From positions 288,238,001-288,302,000 of the forward strand of contig OZ024743.1 in NCBI GenBank assembly GCA_964016885.1: 64,000 nt of DNA, given 5' to 3'. Source of the stretch: Eledone cirrhosa (lineage: Eukaryota). A model generated the notes under the pieces. That model had not been told where the DNA came from. It searched no databases and worked only from the letters and a program-made list of their open reading frames with translations. Below, piece after piece: positions 1 through 14,150 of the stretch (positions are counted from its first letter, which is position 1; each line of letters starts with the position of its first letter). A program made the position numbers and the translations under genes.

Positions 1-32
1 AAAAAATCTATATATTATTAAAAAGAATATAT

Positions 33-187
<155 letters not shown>

Positions 188-804
188 CAATAAAAGATTT
201 TTTATGTTTAAGATGTAGGAAATTTTCTAAACTTATGGAAGTTCATATATTTTTCGGAGAAATCGGAGAAAAATCGTTTCTATGTAATAGCAATACAGCG
301 TGAAGGGAATTAAGTTATTTTACTTATATTAAATGTTACAAATGTTAAGATAATAAAAGAAAGTTAAGATTATAAAAACCTTATATTATTTAATAGTAAG
401 TTATAATTTTATAAATTTTATATATCTCTTAAATCCACCTAGTATATAGTTGTGACTGTTATAATATAAGTTTGTTTAGCATAAACCTTAAGAAACCCTT
501 TATAACAGAGTGTATTCGAATTGCATATATATATAGAGATATAGACCCATACATATATACAACCCATACACAGATACATACACATATATATACACATATA
601 GGTAGACATACATCATATATATATATATAATATATAATATAAAATAAAAACAAGTTATAATTTTAAAAGGATTATAATTTTAAGAGGAATTACAATTTGG
701 AAATATATTCATATAATTTTAAGCAATATAACTTTAAAACAATATAATTTAAAAAAATATTTTAAGATATAATTTTAGATATAAATATTTTAAGATATAA
801 TCAT

Positions 805-960
805 AGGCCAGGATTACCTAAGAAATATCAAAAATAATATTGAAAACTTGGAGAAAACGGAAAAAATTCTAGTCAAGTCAGATAAAACCAATAATCTTTC
901 CGGAATAGAAAAGGACATCTATAACGATCTTATATTAAAGGAATTAAGGAAGAAATACAA
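805..960 (+). mobile_element. Penelope-like element (Naiad-like) RT N-terminal fragment
   Basis: Manual translation gives KILVKSDKTNNLSGIEKDIYNDLILKELRKKYK, matching the PLE DK(G/T) motif region upstream of the RT core. Confidence 0.6.
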
Positions 961-1007
961 AATACACAATTAGGTATAAAATTAAAGTTAGAAGAAATGC
1001 GTACACA

Positions 1008-1727
1008 AAATCATATATATCTGTGACTTTGTTTGGTGTGTGTATATGTAAATCTTTATATTTAATAATGTCCCATTAGGTTGAGATGCAATTTGGGCAA
1101 TATTGGGCTGCGCTTTCTAGCAACCAGCCCACTCGCCGTAAGCAACCAATCACATTCTTTCTGACTTGACCACTGCCACGTCACGATTCTTAGCCATTTT
1201 GAATTTGTTTCTGGCGGGGATCACTTTAGAAAATTACTTGTCCTATGAGTTTGTTTCCTGGCGTGTTCGAAGCTCGAGATTTTATCCTTAATAGGATATC
1301 TCAAAATGCGAACGAAATCCGAGGGTAGAGATATAATCCTGGTAAGTGTGTACGCATTTCTTCTAACTTTAATTTTATACCTAATTGTGTATGGTTGACG
1401 GTATATTTAGTCGATTTCCACGTGCTGTTGAAATGTTGGGTACATATTCTATGGCGGTCGGCCGCGAAGAGATTGGTGTCATTTATTTATCTAATATTTC
1501 TTCATAGGTGCTTTTAATCTTATAGCCTGGTCTAATTGATTTTTTATGTGGTTCATTATGCTAATTGGGAGAGGAAATGGTGTATATATATTATCAAATG
1601 ATTCTTTGGACATACTTTATAGTATATTACTCTGATTATTTAATTTATTAATTCATCATTGAGCCACATTGTGAATGGTTGCAAAAACATATATATCTGT
1701 GACTGTTTACTTTGTGTATATGTAAAT

Positions 1728-1735
<8 letters not shown>
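1008..1735 (-). mobile_element. ~680-bp dispersed repeat with ~50-bp terminal direct repeat, probably pLTR-like; homologous to 58860-59705
   Basis: 1008-1062 is repeated at 1684-1735; shares blocks such as AAATTAAAGTTAGAAGAAATGCG and GCTAGAAAGCGCAGCC with 59100-59460 in the opposite orientation; flanked by (TA)n. Confidence 0.55.
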
Positions 1736-1771
<36 letters not shown>

Positions 1772-1849
1772 CTTTGTTTGATAACACTAATAACTTTGAT
1801 AGAAGATTTCGGGCAGAGTTGGCCTTGGTCATATGTAACTTAATAGCAC

Positions 1850-2270
1850 CACATGGTGAAGTTTTTCACAATATGTGATCACAATCTATCCATATTTTGG
1901 ACATCTTGGCCCACACTAGTAATGAGTTGTTGTTCTTTTTTTGAGAGACATATCTCGGTTTAGGGGGATTATCCAAGATTTCCTGAAAGAATTTGTGCAA
2001 GAAACGTTTAAATATTATCGGACCTGTGTCTGTCTTGTTATATTTCGGTATGATATTAAATAGATGGGGCCAGTTTAGGTGAAGTAGTTGTGCCGTATCT
2101 TTGCTCTGAGGAGCGATTTTGACTTGTGAAATGGGGAGCAAGCCGTGGGTAAATTTTTAAGGTGATACCAACAACATTTGGGCAATATTCATGGAATATT
2201 TTTCACATCAGACAGATCCTGAACTCTTTCGTCTATACGACACCTTTTCATTTTAATGCATACAAGTATT
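1850..2270 (-). mobile_element. Degenerate 3' end of a CR1/L2-group LINE ORF2
   Basis: ORF 1866-2141 reads PHLFNIIPK...FKRFLHKFFQEILDNPPKPRY...NNSLL, resembling the C-terminal 'LFNxLP...FKxxLDxFL..IPDxP...NSL' signature. Confidence 0.5.
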
Positions 2271-2318
2271 CCATACATACAGACTCATCCATATATCCAT
2301 GGACTTATATGTGTATTC

Positions 2319-2478
2319 GTATGTATGTATGTATGTATGTATGTATGTATGTATGTATGTATGTATGTATGTATGTATGTATGTATGTATGCATGAACGT
2401 ATGTATGCATGTATGTATGTATGTATGTATGTATGTATGTATGTATGCATGTATGTATGTAAGTGTGTATGTATGTAC
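2319..2478. repeat. (TATG)n microsatellite
   Basis: Directly visible. Confidence 0.95.
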
Positions 2479-2551
2479 ACATTGTTTGTAAGGAACTAAA
2501 TATTTCATAGTGTGGAAAATGAAATATATATATACATATATTTATTTATTT

Positions 2552-2685
2552 ATTAAAATAACAGATTAAAGTTTAAGCAAAGAATCGCTGCTTTCACCCT
2601 TAAAGGGATCTTCTGAAACTCAGAAGATCCCATTAAGGATGAAAGCAGCAATTCTTTGCTTAAACTTTAATCTATTATTTTAATA
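2552..2685. repeat. Imperfect foldback palindrome (~65-bp arms), same family as 52385-52990
   Basis: ATTAAAATAACAGATTAAAGTTTAAGCAAAGAATCGCTGCTTTCACCCTTAAAGGGATCTTCTGA followed by its reverse complement. Confidence 0.9.
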
Positions 2686-3305
2686 AATATTTGCTCTACT
2701 GTTTTTATATATATTTATGGAACCCTCTTCGGGTTTTAGTCTTCACATTCTTTATTATTACTATATATATATATATACATTTAGATTTTGTATGTATATA
2801 TATATATATATATATATGCGCATACGCATATACACACCGATCCACGCACACACAGACATATATATAGTCGTGTGGCGTTACTAGCTTCATTTACATGCTC
2901 GTTCAAACGACAGGCATATGTACGTTAATGCTAAACCACGTTTGTCCAAGAGAGCATAAGTGACTCATTATGTCATTGGCTTTCATAACCCGTGACTCTC
3001 TCATTAGCGGCGCTAAAAAGAACAAATTAGTGTTGCAAAATTATCGATACATATCAAACACAGCAAACATAATTAACAAATATAATGAACACAAATTATA
3101 ACTAACACGAATAAGAATGAGCAAAAATTATAATAAATAACAAAATATTTATGATTTGCAAAAACGATTATAATTATTCTCGCTCGTACTAAGTTTGGCT
3201 AATTTAGCTAAATTTTGTCACAAGTCTTTCGACTCCAAGTTAACGTAACATATTTTCCTGCATTACGTTTCGTTTCAGTTGAATGTTATCGTTTCTTTTA
3301 ACTCA

Positions 3306-4594
<1,289 letters not shown>

Positions 4595-4719
4595 TGTGAC
4601 CTGCTTGTCAAAAGAAATACAGAAGCCGTGACGCCATATTGGAGAAAAGAATAATATTTTATTGCAGTATACATATCTTTAATGAAGATTTTGTATTTAT
4701 ATTAAAGTACATGCACCCG

Positions 4720-5060
4720 CTCTCTATCGTGTTTGATTCGAATTATGAATGACCACACAAAGTATGCTGTTAGGAATATAGTAATCAAGATATTCAAAGA
4801 GTTGGAGCGAAAAATCCCTGTATATATGAATATCAATATAGTTAATTTCTTAGATATAACTTTAGCTGTAATGAGAATAAATACTGCCCATAGAATATAC
4901 GAGAAACTGTATATTAATCCAAATTCCAACTATCTTCCTATAGTCCTTAAAAGCTTAGTTAATGATATTAGTAACCACATACAACCCTTGTCTTTCGGTG
5001 TGGAATAATTTAATTGTGCCGCCAATTACTAAAAAGTCATTTTAATGACATTGGCTTAAA
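4720..5060 (+). mobile_element. Penelope-like element (Naiad-like) RT C-terminal/thumb fragment
   Basis: ORF 4733-5008 reads IKIFKEL...VNFLDITL...LYINPNSNYLPIVLKSLVNDISNHIQPLS, matching 'VNFLDVTL...YINxxSNHPPxI...ISxLS'. Confidence 0.7.
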
Positions 5061-5513
5061 AGGTAGAATATATGTTATATAGAGAACCAATGTTAATGCA
5101 TATAACTTAAAAAAATAGGAATCTGTATATTGTATTGTATAATCACTTGTATAGTTTAAATGTGCATTCATGTATATGGTGCATAGATGAATGTATGTCG
5201 GTATGTATATATGCATGGATACGGTATGTATATATGTATGGATACGGTATGTATATATGTATGCATGTTTGTTGTATGCATGTATATTATGTATGTACGA
5301 ATGTATGCGTGTATATTATGTATGTATGTATGTCTATGTGAGTATGAATGTATGTATGTAACTACGTATGTATGTATCTATGTATGTATATATCATAAAA
5401 GTCAACGGCCCTCCAAAAGTGTGTAAATATGTATATACACATGCACATGTGTGTGTATATGTATATGTGTATATGCATGGGTGCATGTGTGTATATATGC
5501 ACAGGGATATAGA

Positions 5514-5850
5514 AATAGTAGGGCTGGACACCCGATTGCGTGGTTAAACCACTGGGAGTGAAGGACTCCTAGCCTTTGTCAGGGCATTCTTCTAGGAGAA
5601 GGCAACTCAGGAAACTGGGATAACTCCGATATAAAACCTGCGGCTCAGTAGTTACCTATGATGTTGATCTTTTCTTCTTTTCGGGTTATAGCTACTGTTG
5701 CTCAGAAAGTGGGATTGGCTCAGTGCACAGTCTTTCCTCATTTTAAAAAATATCTTCACGCACAGGCATTGCGGGATAGAATTAATTAATAATAATTAAT
5801 AATGGTATATCGTGTAATGGCCATACTCGATAACGAGAGGACAGCCATCA
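5514..5850 (+). mobile_element. RTE-derived bipartite non-autonomous retroelement, family A
   Basis: RTE-type 5'UTR motif CTAGGAGAAGGCAACTC, a 3' stem-loop TGGCCATACTCGATAACGAG...GCCA and a TATG-like tail; second copy at 55899-56155. Confidence 0.6.
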
Positions 5851-6141
5851 TATATCTATGTATATATGTATCTATCTATGAATGTATGTATCTAGTGAAA
5901 TGCGTCTGCTCGCATCAACACACGAAGTTGAAAAAAGAGTGTATTCAGGTACTGACGTCAGAAGGTGACGTCAGAAATAAGGGCAGTTAATTGACTGCCT
6001 CCAAACTCAAAGCTAGGTGGCGTGATCTTCTACATATGTATGAATGAAAGTATGCATCTATGTATGTATCTATGTATATATGAATGTATGTGGTTGAGTC
6101 TAATCGCTTTTTTGCCAATTTTGTCAATGCTCTAAAATAAT

Positions 6142-6325
6142 TGTTTCTACTTTTGGCACAAGGACAGCAATTATCCAAGTGTATTACTGGTATTTTATTT
6201 TATCGCTCCGTAAGGATGAAAGGCAAAGTTAACCTCGGCGGGATTTGAACTCAGAGTGGCAAGGGCCGTAGCTCTATGCGTCAAAGCATGGTGTCCGACC
6301 CTCTACCGATGTTGACAATCCACCG
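6142..6325 (-). mobile_element. tRNA-derived SINE with ~17-bp TSD
   Basis: Pol III box B GAGTTCAAATCCC, body GCCTTTCATCCTTACGG...GATAAAATAAA, tail GTAGAAACAA; TSD CAATGCTCTAAAATAAT at 6125-6141 and 6326-6342. Confidence 0.9.
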
Positions 6326-6344
6326 CAATGCTCTAAAATAATAT

Positions 6345-8120
6345 TAACTGTAACATGTCTATATAACTGTAACATGTCTATATAATTGTAACATGTATAT
6401 ATAACAGTAACATGTCTATATAACAGTAACATGTCTATATAATTGTAACATGTCTATATAACAGTAACATGTCTATATAACAGTAACATGTCTATATAAC
6501 AGTAACATGTCTATATAACAGTAACATGTCTATATAACATGTCTATATAACAGTAACATGTCTATATAACAGTAACATGTCTATATAACAGTAACATGTC
6601 TATATAACTGTAACATGTATATATAACAGTAACATGTCTATATAACAGTAACATGTCTATATAACTGTAACATGTCCATATAACTGTAACATGTCTATAT
6701 AACAGTAACATGCCTATATAACTGTAATATGTCTATATAACAGTAACATGTCTATATAACAGTAACATGTCTATATAACTGTAACATGTCTATATAACAG
6801 TAACATGTCTATATAACAGTAACATGTCTATATAAGTGTAACATGTCTATATAACAGTAACATGTCTATATAACAGTAACATGTCTATATAACAGTAACA
6901 TGTCTATATAACAGTAACATGTCTATATAACATGTCTATATAACAGTAACATGTCTATATAACAGTAACATGTCTATATAACAGTAACATGTCTATATAA
7001 CTGTAACATGTATATATAACAGTAACATGTCTATATAACAGTAACATGTCTATATAACTGTAACATGTCCATATAACTGTAACATGTCTATATAACAGTA
7101 ACATGCCTATATAACTGTAATATGTCTATATAACAGTAACATGTCTATATAACAGTAACATGTCTATATAACTGTAACATGTCTATATAACAGTAACATG
7201 TCTATATAACAGTAACATGTCTATATAACTGTAAAATGTCTATATAACAGTAACATGTCTATATAACAGTAACATGTCTATATAACAGTAACATGTCTTT
7301 ATAACTATAACCTGTCTATATGACTGTAACTTGTCTTTATAACTGTAACATGTATATATAACTGTAACATGTCTATATAACTATAACATGTCTATATAAC
7401 AGTAATATGTCTATATATCTGTAACATGCCTATATAACTGTACCACGTCTATATAACTGTAACATGTCTATATAACAGTAACATGTCTATATAACTGTAA
7501 CATATTTATATAACTGTAACATGTCTATATAAGTGTAACATGTCTATATAACTGTAACATGTCTATATAAAAGTAACATGTCTGAATAACTGTAACATGT
7601 CTATATAACTGTAACATGTCTATATAACTGTAACATGTCTATATAATTATAACATGTCTATATAACAGCAATATGTCTATATAACTGTAACATGCCTATA
7701 TAACTGTAACACGTCTATATAACTGTAACATGTCTATATAACAGTAACATGTCTATATAACTGTAACATATTTATGTAACTGTAACATGTCTATATAAGT
7801 GTAACATGTCTATATGACTGTAACATGTCTATATAAAAGTAACATGTCTGAATAACTGTAACATGTCTATATAACTGTAACATGTCTATATAACTGTAAC
7901 ATGTCTATATAACTATAACATGTCTATATAACAGTAATATGTCTATATAAGTGTAACATGCCTATATAACTGTAACACGTCTATATAACTGTAACATGTC
8001 TATATAACAGTAACATGTCTATATAACTGTAACATATTTATATAACTGTAACATGTCTATATAAGTGTAACATGTCTATATAACTGTAACGTGTCTATAT
8101 AAAAGTAACATGTCTGAATA
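6345..8120. repeat. 19-bp minisatellite (AAC[A/T]GTAACATGTCTATAT), ~93 units, with higher-order repeats
   Basis: Directly visible; variant units recur at 393-bp and 266-bp spacings. Confidence 0.95.
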
Positions 8121-8149
8121 ACAAATGGGGCTGGAAGAAATAAGAGACA

Positions 8150-9740
8150 AACGACAAGAGTAATAACGGAAGTAGCAAGAACAATAACTTAAAGAACAAC
8201 AGCAACAGCAACACAGGGGCAAAAATAACAATATTAACAACCACAACAGCCGCAATAACACCAGCAACAAAAAACAAAATATAAAAAAAACAATATCAAC
8301 AACTTTAACACCAACATCTACAACAACAGCAGCAAAAATAACACCAACAACTACAACAACAACAGAATAAAAAATAACAGCAACAACTACAACAACAACA
8401 GCATAAAAAATAACACCAACAACTACAACAACAACAGCATAAAAAATAACACTAACAATTACAACAACAGCAGCAAAAATAACACCAACAATTACAACAA
8501 CAACAGCATCAAAAATAACACGAACAATTACAACAACAACATCGTCAAAAATAACGCCAACAATTACAACAACAGCATCAAAAATAACACCAACAACTAC
8601 AACAAGAACAGCAGCAGCAAAAATAACACCAACTACAACAACTACAACAGCAGCAAAAATAACAGCAACAATTACAACAACAAGCGCAGCAAAAATAACA
8701 CCAACAACTACAACCAGAACAGCAGCAAAAATAACACCAACAACTACAACAACAATAATGATATCAAGAACAACAACAACAACAACAACATCATCAAAAA
8801 TAACAACACCAACAACTACAACAACCACAGCAGCAAAAATAATGATATCCAGAACAACAACAACAACAACAACAGCAGCAGCAAAAATAACAACACGAAC
8901 AACTACAACCACAACAGCAGCAAAAATAACAACACCAACAACTACAACATCAACAACATCAACAGCAGCAAAAATAACAACATCAACAACTACAACAACA
9001 ACAGCAGCAACAATAATGATATCCAGAACAACAACAACAACAACAACAGCAGCAAAAATAACAACACCAACAACTACAACAACAACAGCAGCAACAATAA
9101 TGATATCCAGAACAACAACAACAACAACAGCAGCAAAAATAACAAAACCAACAACTACAACAACAACAGCAGCAACAATAATGATATCAAGAACAGCAAC
9201 AACAACAACAGCAGCAAAAATAACAACACCAACAACTACAACAACAACAACAGCAGCAGCAAAAATAACACCAACAACTACAACAACTACAACAGCAGCA
9301 AAAATAACAACACCAACACTACAACAACAACAGCAGCAAAAATAACAACACCAACAACTACAACAACAACAGCAGCAACAATAATGATATCAAGAACAAC
9401 AACAACAACAACAGCAGCAAAAATAACAACATCAACAACTACAACATCAACAGCAGCAAAAATAACAACATCAACAACTACAACAACAAAAGCAGCAACA
9501 ATAATGATATCAAGAAGAAGAACAACAACAGAAGCAAATATAACAATAACAACAACAACATTTACAACTGCAATATCAACAACAGCAAAAATAACAGTAT
9601 CAACATCGACAGTAACAACCACAGCAGCAGCAAAAATAACAAAATCAATAACAACAACAACAACAACAGCAACAACAGCAACAACAGCAGCAACAATATG
9701 AGCAATGAAAATAACACTATCAAGAAGAACAACAATATAA
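8150..9740. repeat. (ACA)-derived compound minisatellite (ACAGCAGCAAAAATAACA..., ACAATAATGATATCCAGA... modules)
   Basis: Trinucleotide-phased repeat that produces low-complexity Thr/Val ORFs. Confidence 0.9.
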
Positions 9741-9916
9741 CTAGCATTAATAAAACAAATTTGAAATGCCAATGTGTTCGACTTAAACGAATTTAATTTT
9801 ATGTGTAAAATATTGCAGGCGTCCATTAAGATTTCTCATTTTATGGTTGTGATAACTGTGGTGTTGGTTGTATTGATGGGTCCTTGTGATTGATTAGTTG
9901 AAGATAGTATTATTAG

Positions 9917-10102
9917 TAGATTGGCAGTATCGGTAGAGGGTCGGACGCCATGCTTTGACGCATAGAGTTACGGCCCTTGCCATTCTGAGTTCATATCCCG
10001 CCGAGTTTAACTTTGCCTTTCATCCTTACGGGGTCGATAAAATAAAGTACCAGTAATGCATTGAGCAATTGCTGGCCTTGTGCCAAAAGTAGAAACAATT
10101 AT
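9917..10102 (+). mobile_element. tRNA-derived SINE
   Basis: Box A TGGCAGTATCGG, box B GAGTTCATATCCC, and the same body and tail as the 6142 copy. Confidence 0.9.
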
Positions 10103-10384
10103 TATTGGTGATGTGGGATATGTTGGTGGTAGTGTGTTGATGATGTTGTTGTTGTTGGTATTTGTGGGCATAGTGATGTACGTGGTGTTGGCGTTGGTGA
10201 AGGCGAGGATGGTGGTGGCAGTCTGTTGTTGTTAGTGTTGTTGCCGGTGATGATAGTGGTGTCGTCGTGTGTTTACTGCTGGTGGTCTTTACAGGGATGT
10301 TGGTATTAATGGTGGTTATTTGATAATGGTGGTGATGAGAATGTTATTATTGGTGTTAAGGTTTAGCACCCGGTAAGGGGATCA

Positions 10385-10700
10385 AATACATTCCAGCCAT
10401 GACCATCTAGTTTCTATTCAGTCATTGGGTATTCCGATACAACATCATGCTACGTACTATTTTTCAGGTGGTAGAGTTAAGAGAAATTTGGCTGCTATTT
10501 CTAGCAGGTTGTCCAGCCACATAGGTATTCACTCCATGATGTTGCTATTATTATTGTTTAGCATCAGGTCAGTCTTGATCGTGAAGACCTATGATCAAAA
10601 AGCCTCTCAGCTGTGACCGATCCAGCGTATCGTTTGTAGGATGGTTGTGTGATCTTTAGCTGGTATTTATAGCAGGTTGATTATCTACATATAGGCACCT
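10385..10700 (+). repeat. Dispersed repeat fragments (TTCCAGCCATGACCATC...TTTGGCTGCTATTTCTAGCAGGTTG); related pieces at ~12320-12370 and ~29130-29250
   Basis: Recurrent motif within the window. Confidence 0.5.
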
Positions 10701-10759
10701 TCGTCAATTCAAGAAACTTTATTATGGCATTGGTCGCAATATTATAGTTGTTGTTGATG

Positions 10760-11290
10760 GTGGTGATGATGTTGGTAGTAATGATGGAGGTTTGGTTATA
10801 ATGATGGTGTTTGTGATGGTAGTGGTGATTGGGGTGATGGTGGTGTTGGTAGTAGTGGTGGTGGTGATGTTGTTGGTGGTAATGATGGAGGTTTGGTTAT
10901 AATGATGGTGTTTGTGATGGTAGTGGTGATTGGGGTGATGGTGGTGTTGGTAGTAGTGGTGGTGGTGATGATGTTGGTAGTAATGATGGAGGTTTGGTTA
11001 TAATGATGGTGTTTGTGATGGTAGTGGTGATTGGGGTGGTGGTGGTGTTTGTAGTAGTGGTGGTGGTGATGTTGTTGGTGGTAATGATGGAGGTTTGGTT
11101 ATAATGATGGTGTTTGTGATGGTAGTGGTGATTGGGGTGGTGGTGTTTGTAGTAGTGGTGGTGGTGATGTTGTTGGTGGTAATGATGGAGGTTTGGTTAT
11201 AATGATGGTGTTTGTGATGGTAGTGGTGATTGGGGTGATGGTGGTGTTGGTAGTAGTGGTGGTGGTGATGTTGTTGGTGGTAATGATATG
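10760..11290. repeat. ~100-102-bp GGT/GAT-rich tandem repeat, ~5 copies
   Basis: TAATGATGGAGGTTTGGTTATAATGATGGTGTTTGTGATGGTAGTGGTGATTGGGG recurs at ~10779, 10880, 10981, 11082 and 11180. Confidence 0.9.
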
Positions 11291-12739
11291 TTTGTAATGG
11301 TGATGCTTTTGATGGTTATGTTGATGGTGGTTGTGATGGTGGTGGTGTTCGTAATAGTGATGGTGATGATAATGATATTGTTTGTGATGGTGATGGTGTG
11401 GTGCTGATGGATTGATGATATTCTTGACGTTGGCCGTCGTTTTGTTTAGTTTCAAGATAGGGCTATCGTAAAGTTATCGTAAAGCCTCCACATTTTGACA
11501 ACCATTTCGTTCAGGAATAGTTCTCCTCGGACTACATTATTCAATGTATGCTTTCCTTTTTCAAGGCGATAGACCATGATGATGGACACAGCCCTTTCCT
11601 CCAGACAAATCAGTAAAAAAAAAATTAAATTGGTAGTCGTGGCTGGTGATGTTGTTTAGTGAGGTAAATGGGGAAAACATTATTTTATCGACCCTGAAAG
11701 GATCAATGGCAATGTTGACTCGAGTGGGATGTGAACTCAGAGCGAATAATGCCGGAACAAATACCACAAATCTCTTTTATGAAGATGTTTGCAACTGTTA
11801 TTAAAGGTGCCTGTGATAGGGTTTGCAATGTTACTTATGTTGATACCACTTACTGATTGCTGGAGCATAATTGTGTTCCAGCCGGCGAAAAGCTGGTAAA
11901 GTCCAGACTAGAATTAACATGTAGACCTCAAAGCTGATAATAGGTGAAAGCCAGTTGTAAAATGTTGGTCCACCAAGCTAGTAAAAGGCCCAGGCCAGAA
12001 GAAAATGTAGGCCATGAAAGTGTGTAGTTAGCTCAAAGCGTGATCCTATATTTAAGCTGTCATATGATCAAACACAGAAAATTACTGTCAGAGGGGTTTG
12101 TGTGTAGGATAAAATATCTTTTCATATTTGTATCATCTCTTTGCACTCAGAGTTCAAATCTGACCAAGGTCATTCTAGCTCTTTAGCATTTCGGCGTCGA
12201 TAAACAAAGTACCAGTCCATGGAATTTGACTAACGTGATTGTTAGAACATGAAATTTGGTAGATTGTTAGAACATGAAATTTGCCTAAAGTGTTTTTCTT
12301 TTTCACCAATACTACAGGATGAGACTTAAGAGAAATGTGACTGCTATTTCTAGTTATCAGTTTGAAGCCTCCCTCGTCACGTCGCTGATGGCTATGTGTT
12401 TGTTTCTGGCGTTCAAGAGATAGAGAGAATAGAAAGATAGAAAGAGAAAAGGAGAGTAAATGAAATAATTAAGACATCCTCATACATGACAATTAAAGAA
12501 ATAATTAAACTAATTACATGGTGGTTGTTGTTTTCTTCATTAATTTTATTCATTTTATTTTCTGCTTCATTTAACTGAAAGAGGAATAAATTCCCAGACA
12601 TACAAACGACATCATCAACAACAACAGCACTATAGGTAAAGCTTACGAGAACAAAAGCTAACCATACCACACTGAGAAGCCTCCCCAACAATAGTTTTCA
12701 ATATCATTGTTAACAACAACTATCAAAGCACCAAACAGC

Positions 12740-12777
<38 letters not shown>

Positions 12778-14021
12778 GAGCATTATTAGAAATCACTGCA
12801 ACAACAAGCAGCATATTAATTCTCATCACCATCACACATTTCCCTCCCAGTGACAGCAATCATCATTACAACGACAATTATTGTAACAACAACAATAATA
12901 ACAACAGACCCCCACCTCGACACCAAACCGTTTTATTGCAATTAAAATATTATAAATACAATAATCAAAATTACAATCACATCCACGCCTATCATAACGA
13001 AAGTAATAACAACTACAACAATAACAATAAATACATCAACAAGAACGAGTTCTAGAACAACAATAACAATAACATCGCCCCCCCCCCCCCCCCCCAAAAA
13101 AAAATACCTTGAGGAACAACAGCATTAGCAACAATAACAATAACATCAACAACAATATCAACAACAACGATACGTCGACATGGAGGGAATGATTGAGAAC
13201 AATGAATATATCAGATTTATTGAATTTAAATTAAAGGTAAAATTGAAGAAAAACGAGTGTAATGTAAAAACAATTTACAAACGTAGAATATATACATGAA
13301 ATGTAAACCTAATATACAGGATTAGATAGACATAATATATAAACATAATATATAAACATGAGGTATAGACATAAATTGGTAAGATAAAATCTATACATAA
13401 AATATATACATAACATACCCATAACATGAACATAAAATAAATATGAAACCTAAGCATGATACAAGATGAAATTCTGATAATAAAATATACAAATACAATA
13501 CAAAATGAAATTCTGATAATAAAATATAAGCGTAAAATATAATACATAATGTAAAGATAAGATATGAATATAACAAAATATAAACACGATACATGAAGAA
13601 AACATAGAGATGTAAAATATAAAGAAAATCAGATGAAGATATATAATAACGATAAAATATAATCATAAAATATAAACATTAATACTAAGTTAAATGAAAT
13701 AATTAAATATAAATATAACACAGAATATAAACGTAAAATAGAAACAATGTATAGAAATAACACACAAATATATACAAAATAAACATACAGACATAATATA
13801 CAAACATAACATGCACATGAACATAATTAACATAGCCATATAAACGATACAATAAGAATATAAGAAATATAACATAAACAAATACAAAACGTAAAAATAT
13901 ATTTTAAAATAGGTAAAAATTGAACGAAAAAACAAGAAAAAAATGAACGACTGGAAATATAATTTTTCTCTCGATAGAGAAGGGGATGGGTGGGTGGGAG
14001 AGAAAATTAATATTTACAATA

Positions 14022-14022
<1 letters not shown>

Positions 14023-14086
<64 letters not shown>

Positions 14087-14088
14087 AC

Positions 14089-14150
<62 letters not shown>
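14023..14150. repeat. (GTA)n microsatellite
   Basis: Directly visible. Confidence 0.95.

Noticed and set aside
6345-8120. CRISPR-like regular array
   Set aside because: The units are contiguous with no unique spacers, there are no cas genes, and the context is eukaryotic.
9917-10010. tRNA genes
   Set aside because: The A/B boxes belong to SINE heads that continue into a shared body and tail; no cloverleaf.
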